A DNA stretch of 64,000 bases, taken from positions 54,808,001-54,872,000 of the forward strand of contig NC_090334.1 in assembly GCF_035084215.1 (NCBI RefSeq), read 5' to 3'. Shown piece by piece: positions 62,918 through 64,000 of this stretch. Below the pieces are notes generated by a model that was given only the letters and a program-made list of their open reading frames with translations, was not told the origin of the DNA and did not search any database. Origin of the DNA: Heptranchias perlo. Its lineage: Eukaryota. Within the stretch, counting starts at the first letter, position 1. Every line of letters begins with the position of its first letter. Made by a program: the position numbers and the translations under genes.

Positions 62918-63354
62918 CTAAGTTTTGGAAAAGTCACGTTATTAAAAATAACTATTTACAGAATGAGATCCAGTTTCCTTCTCCAGATTCAAGTTTTGCT
63001 TCATTATGGATTCTACACAACTTAAATCTCTTGAAGGCTGCAACCAGTTACAGATAAAACCTCTAAAATAAAAAGGTTAATAATTCCCTCAATCTCAAAG
63101 TAAGCAAAACATCACTAAATTAATCCCAAAACTTCAGGATTTTAATCCAACCTTACAACCAACATTTAGCATTTTATAATTCATTCACCATCCAGGCAGC
63201 AAAGGTTTAATTATCTACATCCATCATATTTAAAATCAAACTCTTTGGAGTTTGAACATTTAACTCCTTTAGCTGGGAATTTATTCCACATTAAAGTGAG
63301 TGGGTTGGTAAAAAAATTTCTTCTAATCTCCAGTCTCACTTGAGGCTCAATAAT

Positions 63355-63550
63355 TACTAGCAGAAGAGATTTTCTAGACTGGTACCAGGGATGTGGGACT
63401 TCAGTTACATGTAGAGGCTAGAGAAGTTAGGGTTGTTGTTCTTAAAGCAGTGAAGATTAAAAGGGAGATTTAATAGAGATGTTCATGAGTAAATAAGGAT
63501 AAACTATTTCCAATAGCAGAAGGGTCAGTAACCAGAGGACACAGATTTCA
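63355..63550 (+). mobile_element. CR1 3' fragment
   Basis: agagattt-ctaga..gagaagttagggttg..accagaggacacagattt. Confidence 0.75.
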
Positions 63551-64000
63551 TAAGTTACAGCATGGAAGGAGGCCATTCGGCCCATCGAGTCCACACCGGC
63601 TCTATGCATGAGCAATCCAGCTAGTCCCCCTGCCCCGCCCTATCCCCGAAGCCCTGCTCATTTTTTCGTTTCAAGTACTTATCCAGTTCCCTTTTGAAGG
63701 CCATGATTGAATCTGCTTCCGCCACTCCCTCGGGCAGTGCATTCCAGATCCTAACCACTCGCTGTGTAAAAAAGTTTTTCCTCATGTCACCTTTGGTTCT
63801 TTTGCCAATCACCTTAAATCCATGCCCTCTGGTTCTTGACCCTTCCACCAATGGGAAGAGTTTCTCTCTATCTACTCTGTCTAGACCCTTGTTACACACA
63901 CTTCTAATTTCCTGCTTTATACCATGCCCTACATTACCACTACAGTTTGGTGGCCTATAAACAACTCCCACCAATGTTTTCTGCCCCTTGCTGTTTCTTA
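63551..64000 (-). mobile_element. CR1 (minus): 3' end joined directly to an endonuclease segment
   Basis: ORF 63621-63974 reads VGVVYRPPN..CNKG then LDRVDREKLFP..FFTQRVVRIWN. Confidence 0.85.

Overview
This is eukaryotic (vertebrate) genomic DNA, not prokaryotic. The repeat landscape (abundant CR1 LINEs, L2, Deu-domain tRNA-SINEs, Harbinger elements) suggests a cartilaginous fish, which is an inference. Positions 1334-50981 (+) hold the 3' part of the cytoplasmic dynein 1 heavy chain gene DYNC1H1, from the end of AAA1 to the C-terminus (...ALLCTE*). I resolved it by hand into 49 exon positions with GT-AG introns and consistent phases. The stand-out observation is a tandemly duplicated pair of 196-nt exons (22413-22608 and 22900-23095). 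Both are intact and in the same phase, and they encode two different versions of helices H1-H4 of the microtubule-binding domain. Including both or neither gives a frameshift and early stop, so they look like a mutually exclusive exon switch that changes dynein's microtubule interface. Introns and the 3' flank contain a near full-length decayed CR1, many LINE/SINE fragments, two nested insertions, a Harbinger MITE and a two-gene (Myb + transposase) Harbinger relic. A convergent, unidentified minus-strand gene exon lies at about 62.3-63.1 kb. Repeat boundaries are approximate, and comparisons to human dynein are from memory, not from a database search.
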